From Leucoraja erinacea (taxonomy: Eukaryota), in contig NC_073377.1 in the NCBI RefSeq assembly GCF_028641065.1, positions 144,832,001-144,896,000 on the forward strand: a stretch of DNA of 64,000 nucleotides. The letters run 5' to 3'. A program made the position numbers and the translations under genes. The notes under the pieces are model-generated. The model saw nothing but the letters and a program-made list of their open reading frames with translations. It was not told where the DNA came from and did not search any database. Below, piece after piece: positions 39,129-52,497 of this stretch. Within the stretch, counting starts at the first letter, position 1. Every line of letters starts with the position of its first letter.

Positions 39129-39954
39129 ACTGTTACTTGTTTGGTGGCAATACAATATCTCACAATTTAAATGATTCAAGGGGAAAGTGGCAATTAGATA
39201 CTTGATGTGAAAAAGTATCCCGTTTTCTATGAAGCACCTATTAATAGTGATCCTATTCTCCCCTCAATCATTCTGCTTCTGAAAACATTGTTGAGTAATA
39301 TGGCTGATTTTTAAATGTATAAATTGAAGCAATAGCGAATGAATTGTTGAAATCAAGGCCCTAGGTACAAGACCACTTCTTCAAAGCATTCATTCTAATG
39401 GCTTCCATTCACTTCTGTGGGATGAAAATAAAGCAGCAGATGTCTCTGACCTCATTTAAATCCAATTTGAATTTTTATGTCTGCCTCAGGCGAAAACAAT
39501 ACTGCTTCTTCCCCAGAGAAACCCCAGAAATCTCAATGCAACTCGGTCAAGACCAGGACCAGAATGACATACTTCGGAAAAAAGAGCTAAAGAATATGTA
39601 GCAGTTGAAGAATTATACATCATCACCATTCACTCTCTCACTATCTGTAAAAATACCCGATTGTAGCATGGAGGTAACTACTCGATCAACTGGTATAATT
39701 AAAAAAATTGTCAAGGTACCAATGTTTTTTTTAAAGTTTGGAATAATACCATGAAATTGTTCAGTGAAAGGATACCAAATTCTCAACTAGCATAGTGTTT
39801 TTTTATTTATGGGAACACTGCCTGCATAAAATCTGGTACTTGTCATCATTCAATAAACTTGCATGACATTGGTAACACTTAAGTTTCATACTTGTCCACT
39901 GAAGTCAACAGATTGTGTAATTGCTGTCAACAATATAGACAATGTCCAGACATA

Positions 39955-40267
39955 CAGTGGTACAGCGGTACAATGTCCAGACAGTGGTACCTTACAGAGC
40001 CAGAGACTTGGGTTCAATCCTGACTACGAATGCAGTCTGCACGGAGTTTGTATGTTCTCCTGGTGACCGTATCGGTTTTCCCTGGGAGCTGCAGTTTCCT
40101 CCCACACTCCAAAGACGTACAGGTTTGTAGGTTAATTGGCTTGGTATAAATGTAAATTTTCCCTAGTGTGTGTAGGATAGTGTTAGTGTGCGAAGAGCGT
40201 TGGTCGGTGCAGATTCAGTGGGTCGAAGAGCCTGTTTCCGCACTGTATCTCTAAACTAAACTAAACT
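39955..40267 (+). mobile_element. HE1-like V-SINE
   Basis: B box GTTCAATCC, V-domain and (CTAAA)n tail. Confidence 0.85.
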
Positions 40268-41684
40268 ATAGTAGAACTGTTCTGTTCCTATCTGTGCCAA
40301 TCACTCTTGCTTGCACCTGAAGTTGTGGCAGCTATTACAATTATCAGCTTCTTACAGCTGCAACAATGTCCGTTTTCTCCATTTAATGTTAAGCAGCAAC
40401 AATAAGACACATTGGAGATCTTACAATGAATTTTGACTTGAATTTTGTTAGACCTTCTTCCTGATATCACAATTTGTTGTTGAACTCAACCCCAGATCAG
40501 CTACACACACACAAAAGAGCATGTGTGAAAAACAAAAAGTGCCTCTGCAGCTACTAATGGAAAAGAACTGTACTTAAGCTAACTAATTCTGAATACAAAG
40601 CTAAATGATTAATCAATGTTTTTTTAAGAAGCTTATATTTCTTAAAACAGATCTTAAAAGCTTTTACTCCAAATCATAATTGACCATAAATACTGAATTG
40701 CTTTGTTCTCGTCAACCTTCAAATAAGTTTTTATATCAAGGCTTCATCGTGTCTTATAACTGCACAAGTTGCATGAAACAAAAACTTAAGAAGTTCAAAT
40801 CCAATATGTTTCAAAAGTGACGAGAAAAAAAAGATAAAACTTGCAGCGGGAGTATAGTTGCTATAATAAATAGCAATTAAAGCAGACTGAATTTCTTTTC
40901 CTCAGAACTATTAAAAGGACTTCAAGGGACTTACTCTTATCTGTTAAATATTCATCAATAAATTTCTCTAAATAAAGCAAAATGTTTTGATATCATAGGG
41001 CATTCTGAAAGTCATATTGCTTTTTGCAAACACTGATAAAAAGCTAAAGATCCCATTTTTATATTTAGACTTCCAAAATTGGATAGCAGCTCATTCTCTA
41101 TTATGAAATAAACAGTGAGGGATTATGATTATGCTTATTATCAATAGTTCAATTCTCATTCAATGAAGATTCAAGATGTGCTTAATTTTGTTTTCTTGTT
41201 ACTTAAGTGAGCATATATATCAGTACCATTATTTAATTGATTGAGCTAGAGTAACCAATAAATTACAAGTTCCTATCTTTCCAAGTTCAGTATAAAACAA
41301 AATTTGGTGGGAAAGGTTTTTTTTTTTTAAACTGCTTAATAATGTTTTTTAAAAAAACGATGTAAATTATGAACCTGTAACAAATTTGCTTTCTTTAAAT
41401 GGAAATGTCATAATTTAAGATTGTAACACATCTCAGAAACTTTTACTTCAAATCATAATTAACCGTAGTTACTGATTTGCTTTGTTTCTCTTCGGTCCTC
41501 AAGCAATCATGTATGTCTAGGCTTCATCACTTTTAATACCACGCAACCTGCGTTAAATGAAGCTTTAAGAAGTTCAACTTTCATTTGTTTCAGATGTACT
41601 TTAAGAAAACTGGAACTAGACAAAATTAGACCTTCAGTGCAGAATATTAGGGTGGCGGTGCACTCTAATGGCAAGTATAACATC

Positions 41685-42170
41685 AGGTTGATCTCCCGGT
41701 TGCCAAACTCTTTAATTCTCCTTCCAATTCCCAAGCTGACCATTCCGTCCTAGGCCTCCTCCATTGTCAGAGTGAGCCTAAAGGCAAATTGGAGGAACAG
41801 CATCTCATATTTAGCTTGGGCAGCTTACAGCCCAGTGGTTTGAAGATGATTTCTCTACATTCAAGTAACTCCTGCATTCCCTCTCTCTCCATCCCTCTTC
41901 AACCCAAGTTGCACCAGCTTCTCATTTTCACCTAGCAAATACCTAACAATGGCCTGCTTCCTTTATCATCATTACTTTTTTGCATATCATTCATTCATTT
42001 GTTCTACATCTCTCTGCATCCCTGTCTATATCTCACATTTCCTTTTCCCCCAACTCTGTCTGAAGATCTCGACCTGAAGCGTCACACATTCCTTCTCTCC
42101 AGAGATGCTGCCTGTCCCGCTGAGTTATTCCAACATTTTGTGTCTGTCTTCGGTTTAAACGGTTCCTTCA
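41685..42170 (+). mobile_element. Penelope 3' end plus terminal repeat
   Basis: DLPVA...KLEEQHLIF.LGSLQPSG remnant followed by a degenerate hammerhead unit at ~42060. Confidence 0.8.
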
Positions 42171-42487
42171 TACACATTTATCCAGAGATACGTTAGATGT
42201 CATTTCCTCACCATAATTGCAAGACATTTTTATGTCCCAGACTTCAATCTTTAACATAACAGCAAATTTTAACTACATTTTCTCATTTCACATTTATTGT
42301 GAAGCATGTGATACTGTTTAAAAAGAAGTTATACACAGTTAATGTTTATAATTATATATATTAAATATTTAATCTCAGAAGGGGATGGCAGATGAAGAGA
42401 AAATAAAATGGGTTCTCAACCTATTAGCTCTTACAAATGTTCTCTTTAATCCAAATGATTGCTTGGCATGTCGGTGCACTGAACTTA

Positions 42488-42796
42488 AGGGCCTGTCCCA
42501 CTGTACGAGGTAATTCAAGAGCTCTCCCGAGTTTAAAAAAAAATCAAACTCGTGGTAAGCACGAAGAATGCACGTAGCTGGTACGTCAGCGCTCGGGACA
42601 TCTCTTAGGGGCTCGTAATGCTAACGGCAGGTACTCGGGGAAACGCGGTAAGCTCGTGAAGACTAGTGAAGATTTTTCAACATGTTGAAAAATGTCCGCA
42701 AGAGCCTACGAGCGGCTAATAACGTAATTCTCCGAGTTCGAATCAGGGGAAACGCGGGAGAACTCCTGAATCACCTCGTACAGTGGGACATGCCCT
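42488..42796. mobile_element. PIF/Harbinger-type MITE
   Basis: AGGGCCTGTCCCACTGTACGAGGT...ACCTCGTACAGTGGGACATGCCCT; TTA TSD. Confidence 0.85.
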
Positions 42797-44781
42797 TTAG
42801 TGTTCCAGAGACGCATATTTGACCCTAACTTTGGACGCTGTCCATGTGGAATTTGCATGTTTTATACCATATCTGCATGGGTGTCACACGGAGGTTCTGG
42901 TTTTTCCAAAGTATCGCTAAGGCATTGGGTTGGGAAGCTGTTTGACTACTGTAACCTGCCCCTTGTGTTAGTGGATGACAAGGGGGAAAGCTAATGGGCA
43001 TGTGCAAGTTACTGGGAAATAATGCGGAGGTTGGGCTGAAGGAATGCTCTTGGAGCCGGCAATGTCACCAAGGGTTGAATGGTCTCAATCTATGATGTGA
43101 GAAATATGAAAATAACATTGCAACAGATGACTGAATTTTCATTCACTCATTTAAATGCACTTTAAATTATGGTCAATTGTTTGCAGTCATGAAGTGAGAG
43201 AGAAAATCAGTGTGAAGAAGGGTCTCGACCCGAAACGTCACCCATTCCTTCTCTCTAGAGATGCTGCCTGTCCCGCTCTGAAATGACATTCTCATCAGTA
43301 ACTAATAGGAAATCAACCCTGGTTTACAGACATGCAGTCTTTCATCAAAAAAATATTCACTCACTGTCGCATAATTAACTACCGGAATCAGTTATAAATT
43401 TGAAAGCTTTGAATTTGAACTGATGAATGAACAACGAGTTCTACTTTTGCTGGTTGAGGTTCAATGTCTTTGCTTGCTTTACCGCACACACCACGCAAAG
43501 GCTGGAGTTGTAGATAACCGTAGCAAACCATTTGCCTCAAGGGTTCGAAAAGAAATAATGCGTTCGTAATACCCAAAGGTCAATGATAAAGGCACGCTCC
43601 GCACAGCTGAGTTCACTTCTACAAATCAGCAATCTCAGAATGCAAAGTTGCCAACTGTATCTATGTTATTGTCTGCTTAGGCTACATTAATTTTAAAAAG
43701 GGAAGGCATTTTTCCAATTACTTCTGGTGAGCACTCATGCAGAATATCTTTTTTATGCAACATTAATGGGCACAGTTCTCTGTTCAACTCGCTGCTTAAA
43801 TCAATTAATGTGCATATTTCCATTAAAACCTGAAGCAAAGCACTGAACATTGATTGAAGCACAATCATGATTAAGAATTCCTTTTTAAAAAGTACCCTTT
43901 CCCTCTCAGGAGGCACAAATTCTATTTTTATCTGTTACTGCTGAAAGTATGCAACAAGCTCCAGTTTTCTTTGTTAAAAGGGTGGAAAAAATGATTATTT
44001 TGCAATAATCAGCTGGCAACTGAAGTATAGAAACGACACATACCGACTGCAGTTCAAAGTTATTTTGCAAATTTCTGTCTTTGGAACATAGGGAGAGGAA
44101 TAGGTCCCTTTGGCTTTGAGTGTTTCATTATTCAGTAAGATACACTCACACAGCATATGCGTACACACACAGACCCACTCACATCACATAGACATGTTAC
44201 AGAAACACGGAGCACTCTCACACATCCTTGGCATGCATGAAATAAAAACAACAAAAGATGGAAATATTAAGAAAATCACCCAGCATCTTTGCTGCCAATA
44301 AGTAGGTTGTCGACTGTAAACACAAACATTGTTTCGACAAATACTGCCTGACCTACGCAGTAATTCTAACATTTTCTATTTTTTCTGACTTTCGATATCT
44401 GCAATTTTTTTGCTCTCCTTAGCAAGTATTTTACTGTCTCATCTAGATTTGTTTTTGGAGGTAAAAATGTTAGTCCTCTTAATTGACACTTCTCCGTATG
44501 TTATTGAACAAGAAACTAAAATTATCAAATGAAGAACAAAACCAGAGTTATACATTTGTATCTCTCATAGTCCAAATATCTTACTTTGTGGATGACCATG
44601 AAGGCCAAGTGGATAATGTTACTAACAGAGTCCCACAAGTATCTGCACGAAGATAACTTCAGTTTATTTTTATCAGTGGTCTGGAGCTAAATGTCACAAG
44701 TATAGTGGTCACAATTATATCAAACTAATGATGATGCTTACAGTAAGTACGAGCAGGTTAGCCGCAGGAGCTCTCCAATAT

Positions 44782-45623
44782 AGGGTGATTTATCGAAAGG
44801 TCACTGGATCATAGATCCTCACCCACGTGGACGCAAAATTTAACTGGGGTACAAACGTCACTTCCGGTACATGTTATTGATCCTGGAAACGTGTACTTTC
44901 ACACCCGTTAAAAACCGCGAAAACGGCCCGTTTTTGAGCTGTAAATAACTGTGCCAGTCGGGGTGACCGCGAGTCGGGGTGACAGCCGTTAATTGGACAA
45001 AATCAGGACATTTTATTATTATTATCCAATTAACAGCTAACAATTATCCCATTCCTTAGCTTGCATCTGAGTAAAATTCATTTCAAAACGCATTTATGGT
45101 TTACGATTATTTAAATGGTAAATGTAGCTTCAGAAGCATTTTCTTTTTGCATTTTAAAACCCACCTGAGAACCATGGAAGATTTTGCAATTTTAATGATG
45201 GATTTTTCACTTTTAAAACTTTTTATATAACAAATTAATAAAGATAAAACATAATGCCTTACTTTTGATGAAATGCAGTGAGCAAACGCGATAATTCCCG
45301 ATATTTTCCATCTTTATATCTCCACGGCCAATGTTTGCTAACCACTTCCGCTGTTTTTGCCCATTCAGCTCCCTCTTGTCTTTACCTTCGTTTTTCTTTA
45401 TCTTCTGGACTCTAAAGTAAGATAACTGTGCCTCATGGTCACCCCGACTGGCACAGCTATTTACAGCTCAAAAACGTGCCATTTTTGCGGTTTTTAACGG
45501 GTGTGAAAGTACGCGTTTCCAGGAACAATAACATGTACCAGAAGTGACATTTGTACCCCAGTTAAATTTTGCGTCCACGTGGGCGAGGATCTATGATCCA
45601 GTGACCTTTCGTGAAATCACCCT
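44782..45623. mobile_element. Non-autonomous long-TIR DNA transposon (ISL2EU/PIF-like) containing a THAP pseudo-exon
   Basis: ~190-bp TIRs (44782-44973 / 45432-45623) with flanks AT|AGGGTG...CACCCT|AT; THAP remnant inside. Confidence 0.8.
45263..45482 (-). pseudogene. THAP zinc-finger exon of a transposon protein (stop at first Cys position)
   Basis: MARF*AVNSCASRGDHEAQLSYFRVQKIKKNEGKDKRELNGQKQRKWLANIGRGDIKMENIGNYRVCSLHFIK, then a GTAAGG donor. Confidence 0.8.
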
Positions 45624-46519
45624 ATACTTGTAGATTACATTCATGATACAGCAGTTAGTTTTCAAGATAGAGTTAGACTTAGCTCTTGGGGCTAAGGGAA
45701 TCAAGGGATAGATAGACTATAGGTGCAGGAGTAGGCCATTCGGCCCTTCGAGTAAACACCGTCATTCCATGTGATCATGGCTGATCATCTCCAATCAGTA
45801 TACCGTTCCTGCCTTCTCCCCATATCCACCGACTCCTCTATCTGTAAGAGCCCTATCTGCTCTCTCTTGAAAGTATCCAGAGAATTGGCCTCCACCACCC
45901 TCCGAGGCAGATATGGGGAAATAGTAGGAACAGGGTACTGATTTTAGATGATCAGCCATGATCATATCGAAGGGCTGAAAGGCTTACTCCTGCACCGATT
46001 TTTCTATGTTTCTAGAACAAAATGCTCTACATAGTGGACAAAAAAATCATGAAGGGACTTACTTAAGTGGAAAGGAAAATAATGGCATAGAAAATAAATG
46101 ATTTGAGAATAAGAGGGCCCATGGAATGAAGCTCTCACAATACCAGCGTGTCAGTAATCATATCAGATTATATTCAGGGTTCTATTAAAAAGGTCAACAT
46201 TTTGCTGAAATACTAAGATGTTGTGCAGTTGCTTGAAGAAAACTGTGTAGTCTTGATCAGTACATCTATTAAGGACACCTTAACAACTGAATAGTTACAA
46301 TAGAGACAAACTACAATGGAATGGTTTGATTGTGAGCAGCCAATATGTAAATTGGTGAACTCTTCATAGATAACAGAAGGCTGCTAAGTAATATAATTAT
46401 CATTTTCCAAATGACCTGGGTAATGGAGAACAAACCTAATCTTTTCACCTCATCAAATAGCAGGACATGACTAGTATTTAAAATAGTCCAATATTATAGT
46501 AGTGCAAGCAATTTAGTCA

Positions 46520-47075
46520 TCAAGTGATAACAGCGTGGAAACAGGCCCTTTGGCCCTACTTGCCCACACCGGCAAACATGTCCCAGCTACACAAGTCCCA
46601 CCTGCTTTGCCCACTAGTCCCAAACGTTGGGATAGTCCCAGCCTCAACTACCTCCTTTGGCAGCTTGTTCCATCCACCCACCACCCTTTGTGTGAAAAAG
46701 TTACCCGTCAGATTCCTATCAAATCTTTTCTACTTCACCATGAACCTATGTCCTCTGGTCCTCGATTTCTCCACTCTGGGCAAGAGATTCTGTGCATCTA
46801 CCCGATTTATTCCTCTCATGATTGTATACACCTCTATAAGATCTCCCCTCATCCTCCTGCGCTCCAAGGAATAGAGACCCAGCCTACTCAACCTCTCCCT
46901 ATAGCTCAGACCCTCTAGTCCAGACAACATCCTCGTAAATCTTCTCTGAACCCTTTCAAGCTTGACAATATCTTTCCTATAACATGGTGCCCAGAACTGA
47001 ACACAGTACTCTAAATACTGTCTCACCAACATCTCATACAACAGCAACATGACCTGCCAACCTCTATATTCAACT
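46520..47075 (-). mobile_element. CR1 LINE 3' fragment
   Basis: LEYCVQFWAPCYRKDIVKLERVQRRFTRML...RTRGH. Confidence 0.9.
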
Positions 47076-47880
47076 TATGGGCAACTTTCTATTCACACAA
47101 TAAGGGGATGGTTATGTGGGCTTATTCTGGAAAATGCTTCAACAGATGATGCTGGAGTAGCCAGGCTGTCTGGCATAACCATGAATATTACATGTAATGA
47201 TACTCTATGACTGTAAAAGGAGGAAAAGAAAATATATAATACACAATTTGCGTTAACCATTCCAGAAATTCAAAAGATCAATGCTACAGATTTATTTTGC
47301 TTTTAATGTTGAAACCAAAATTTCAAAACACAATTTAATAGCAGACAGCATCAGACAGCAAACATTCCTTGCTCTCCAATGTCTGGAAGCTGAGTGGGTT
47401 ATTTTTCTCTATTCATCCTAAAAAAAAAACGATTTCAGCATTATCTAGAAATCTCTCAAGTTAACGCCACACGCCTCCCACAATAGTCATATCTAGGAGT
47501 GAGGCCACGGCAATGATGGAGTAATTCAAACATCCCTTACATCTGATTATGTCTTTGTTAGTTCTTTGAAAAAAAGCTCTTTGAAAATGCACTTAGAGTC
47601 TGCAAGAGATATCACAGGCTAGCTCCTGATATCACGTCCATTTACAAAAACTTTGCATCATTCCTTGGCGCCCAAGTTTGAGATGTGGCATTTGGGGAAA
47701 TCAAATCAGGACAGGACTTTCACAGTGAACGATAATATCTTTCCTATACCATGTGTAGGAAGGAATTGCAGATAGACACAAAATGCTGGAGTAACTCAAC
47801 GGGACAAGCAACATCTTTGGAGAGAAGGAATGGGTGACATTTCGGGTTGAGACCCTTCTTCAGACCTGATGTCCTCTAGT

Positions 47881-48830
47881 CAATAGACAATAGACAATAT
47901 GTGCAGGAGTAGGCCATTCGGCCCAAAGAGCCAGCACCTCCATGCAATGTGCTCATGGCTCATCACCCCTAATCAATACCCCGTTCCTGCCTTCTCCCCT
48001 TTTCCCCTGACTCCGCTATCTTTAAGCGCCCTATCTAGCTCTCTCTTGAAAGTATCCAGAGAACCAACCTCCACCACCCTCTGAGGCAGAGAATTCCATA
48101 GACTCACAACTCTCTATGTGAAGAAGTGTTTCCTTGTCTCCGTTCTAAATGGCTTACCCCTTATTCTTAATAACTGTGGCCCCTGGTTCTGGACTCCCCC
48201 AATGTCGGAAACATGTCTCCTGCATGTCCCAACCCTTAATAATCTTATATGTTTCAATAAGATCTCCTCTCATCCTTCTCAATTCCAGAGTATACAGGCC
48301 CAGCCGCTCCATTCTCTCAGCATATGACAGTCCCGCCATCTCGGGAATTAACTTTCATAGTCTGATGAACAAGTACTCCCAGATCCCTTTTCCCAACGAC
48401 GCCATTTAGATAGTAATCTGCCTTCCTGTTTTTGCTACCAAAGTGGATAACCTCACATTTCTCCACATTAAACGTCATCTGCCATGCACCCGCCCACTCC
48501 CCCAACCTGTCCAAGTCACCCTGCATTCTCATAGCATCCTCCTCACAGTTCACACTGCCACCCAGCTTTGTGTCATCTGCAAATTTGCTAATGTTACTTT
48601 GAATTCCTTCATCCAAATCATTGATGTATATTGTAAATAGCTGTGGTCTCAGCATCGAGCCTTGCAGTATCCCACTAGTCACTGCCTGCCATTCTGAAAG
48701 GGACCCGTTAATCCCTACTCTTTGTTTCCTGTCTGCCAACCACTTCTCTATCCATGTCAGCACTGTATCCCCAATACCATGTGCCCTAATTTTGTCCACA
48801 ATTGTCCTATGTGGGACCTTATCAAATGCC
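47881..48830 (-). mobile_element. CR1 LINE with internal deletion
   Basis: WIEKWLADRKQRVGING...FADDTKLGG RT, plus the 3' end. Confidence 0.92.
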
Positions 48831-49901
48831 TTGTCAGTCTGGGTTCAGTACTGGGGATAATCCTGGTTATTTCTATTAGTTCCACAGAAAATACAATTAT
48901 TTATTTATTTGTGTTATTTTAATTGAATTTTTCATGCAGGTACAGCTTCAACATTATCACTTCACTTTGCTGTCACTGCATTGCATTTCTCATTTGAGAC
49001 ATAAAACATTTTTATTTTCTTCATTAGACTATCTGCAAGCAAGCAGGCTGGATTGAAATGCTTCTCAGATCACTGACACTAATCACAGTTAGAGAATGAT
49101 TAATATTCAGAATTTATCATTAATGAGCTATTACCTAAAATATGTACACAAAATATTTTGAGCAATTATAAATAATGCAACATAAACTATGATGCTTCAA
49201 GCACTGAAAGTTAAAGTAATGATAGGTTGTACTGAGTATCGTAACATATTCCTCATTTTCTCCAATTTAATTAATTGAACAGACAAAAGTACCCTCAGGT
49301 AGAGTGAGGTTAATAATTACATTGTTGTAAAAAAACATAGATAAAGAAGCAACTCAGGAAAATTTATTGTAGACCAGTAAATAAGTGACTAGCCTACTCT
49401 AACTCCATCTGTATTCAATTTTATTGAATTTAAAAATTATATCTTGCCAATGAACATGTGCACATGATGGTTCATGGGGACAAGAGACATTTATTGTCAC
49501 ATGTATCAATTGATACAGTGAAATTTGTGGTCACCATACAGCCATACAAATAAAAAAGAGCACAGAACACGATAGTCTTTAACATAGACATCCCCACACA
49601 ACAGAATCAAAGTTTCCCACTGTGAGGGAAGGCACCAAAGTTCAGTCATCCTCCTCTGTTGTCCTCTGTTGTTCACCCGTGTTCGGGGGGCTCCCGATCC
49701 CCTCGCTGTCACCGCTACGGATAGCCCGATGTTCAGGCCCGCTCGCCGTATGATGGAACTCCGACGTCGGAACGGGAGAACATTCTCAGCGGCTTGGACT
49801 TCCGAATCGGCCACTTCTTGTGCCAGACTAGGGCCTGTGGGGAAAGTGATTTCCCTGCAAGAAGCCAGAAGCCTCGGGTGCATGATATAGGAGTGTTGAT
49901 T

Positions 49902-50156
49902 TGGCAGCCACGGTGGCACAGCGCTAGAGTTGCAGCCTTGCAGCCCCTGCAGGGTCAGAGACATGGTTTTGATCCTGACTACGGGCGCTGTCTGTACGGA
50001 GTTTGTAGGTTCTCCCCATGACCGCGTGGGTTTTCTTCAAAATCTTCAGTTTCCTCCCACACTCCAAAGATGTAGGTTAATTGGCTTGGTGTATGCATTA
50101 ATTGTTGGTCAGTGCAGGACCGAAGGGCCTGTTTCCGCGTTGTATCTCTAAACTAA
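49902..50156 (+). mobile_element. HE1-like V-SINE
   Basis: A/B boxes, V-domain and tail. Confidence 0.8.
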
Positions 50157-50189
50157 ATTCATATTTTAACTGCGTGTTCCTAAAGCAAT

Positions 50190-51055
50190 GGTTAGTAAGT
50201 TTGCAGATGACACCAAGATTGCTGGACTTACGGAGAGTGTGGAAAGCTGTCAAAGTAAACAGCTGGTTATAGAACCGCAGAAATAGGCTGAGAAATGGCA
50301 GATAGAGTTTACCCCGCGCAAGTGTGAGGTGTTGCACTTTGTGCTGTCAAATGTAATGGGAAGGTACATGGTAGACGGCTAAAGCCTTATCAATATTGAT
50401 GTGCTGAGAGATCTAAAGGTCCAGGTCCATAGTTCCTTGAAAGTGGCAACAAAAGTAGACAGTGGTAAAAATGTTGTATAGCCTGCTTATCTTCATTGGT
50501 TAGGACATTGAGTATACTAGTCAGGAAGACACAATGCAATTCTATAAGGTTTTAGTTAAGCCACATTTGGAGTATTGTGTGGTGTTCTGGTCACCCCATT
50601 ACAAGAAAGATGCAGATGCATTGGAGATGGTACAGAAGAGGTTGACCAGAATGTTACCTGGATTAGGGAATATTAGCCCCAAAGAGAGATTGGACAACTT
50701 CAATTGGTTTCGCTGGAATACAGGAGGTTGAGGGAAGTCCTCATAGAAATATATAAAATTATGAGAGACATAGACAAGAGATAGACAGTCAGATCCCTTT
50801 TCCCAGGGTGGAATTGTCAAAGACTAGAGGGCAGAGTTTTATGGCGAGTGAGGTAAAGTTTAAAGGAGATGTCTGGGCAACCCTTTATTTTTATACAGAG
50901 GATGCCCAGAGACAGATACAATAAAACAAAAGCTTAAGAGACTTTTACATATGCACATGAATATGCAGGTGGATGAGATTAGTTAATCTCAGTATCATGT
51001 CCAGCATGGATATCGTGGGTCGAAGGGCTTGTTGCAGGACTGTAAAGTTCTATGT
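50190..51055 (+). mobile_element. Older CR1 LINE fragment
   Basis: KFADDTKI; YKVLVKPHLEYCVVFWSPHYKKD. Confidence 0.85.
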
Positions 51056-52208
51056 TCAATGGTTCTCAAGCAGAACCCCTAGGGGAAGTTGGAGGATGAT
51101 TTTGGTGACCTGATGATAAGCACGTCAGGATACATATTAAAGTGAACTACCCATTTTTCTCATGCACATTTGTAATGGTTGTCTGGTCGTGAATGTCTGG
51201 AGTAAGGGCCAGACCACCAATACCATTCCTATTAACGAAATGAAGCTTTTGGTTTCATGCAAAACCTGCAAGATCCAAGAAATCTGGTCATTCAGGGCAC
51301 TGAATCCCTTGGGCGAACAACAAAATGCTGGAAGAACTCAGCAGGTCAGGGCAGCATCTGTGGAAGAAATGGCCAGATTATGTTTCAGGTCAAGACCTGT
51401 CTCCAAACTGAGTCAGAGTCTGAAGAAGGCTATTGACGAGAAACGTCATCTGGTCATTCCCTCCATAGAAGCTAGTTGAGTTCCTCCAGCTGTGACCCTG
51501 TTTGATCTGCTGGGCTCCTCCAGTAGTTTGTTTTTTTGTTGCCTGTTTTTCACTCTATTGCATTAGTATGTCAGTTTTATTTCCATATTTAATGCGCCCA
51601 TACCAATCTTGCAACTTACTTATGCAATACTTTCCTCGCAATGTCTATAGATGGCAGCACAAATCATCCTTGAAGTGCTTCTTCAGGTGAATGCTGTGTC
51701 TATGAACCAGTGCCAGGTGAACACTAAACCTTTTAGCTGTAAACTTGTTTTCTTAAATTATTTAAGTTCAAGATATAAATATTTAACTTATATTTAAAAA
51801 TAATTAGAAATATTTTTCAAACACATATTTGTGCTTGTCAACAGTTAAAACATTTCCATCAGACAGAAACTTTTCACCTGCAAAAGAATCACCAATCTAG
51901 TTTTGCTGTGTGGAAAAAAAAGAACACTTCCCCCAACGTTTCCATGGTTTCAGTTCCCAATGGTGCTATTACTAGTGAAGGACTTCTTCCTTCTCTTCCT
52001 AACAATTGCAATACAATACCATGTATATAAAAACTGACTCCCAATTCTAAATGTCCAAAATAAATTAATGACCCCATTCAACTTCAACAGCTAATGGGGC
52101 AGAGGTTAACATAACCTTTTTTGCTCTGCCCAATTTCAATTCAAATGTATCTATCTTTTCATATTTAATGCTAATTAAGGACACGGAATAAAAACTATTT
52201 TGTTCTAC

Positions 52209-52497
52209 GGGGCGGCACGGTGGCGCAGCTGTAGAGTTGCTGCCTTACAGTGCTTGCAGCACTGGAGATCCGGGTCCAATCCTGACTACGGATACAGAGT
52301 TTCTTCCCGTGACCGTGTGGGCTTTCTCCCAGAAATTCGGTTTCCTCCCCACACTCCAAAGACGTACAAGTATGTTGGTAATTTGGCTTGGTATAAGTGT
52401 AAATTGTCCCTAGTGTGTGTAGGATAGTGCGGGGATCGCAAGGTCGCTGCACACTCGGTGGGCCGAAGGTCATGTTTCCGCTCTAAACTAAACTAAA
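52209..52497 (+). mobile_element. HE1-like V-SINE
   Basis: A/B boxes, V-domain and tail. Confidence 0.85.
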
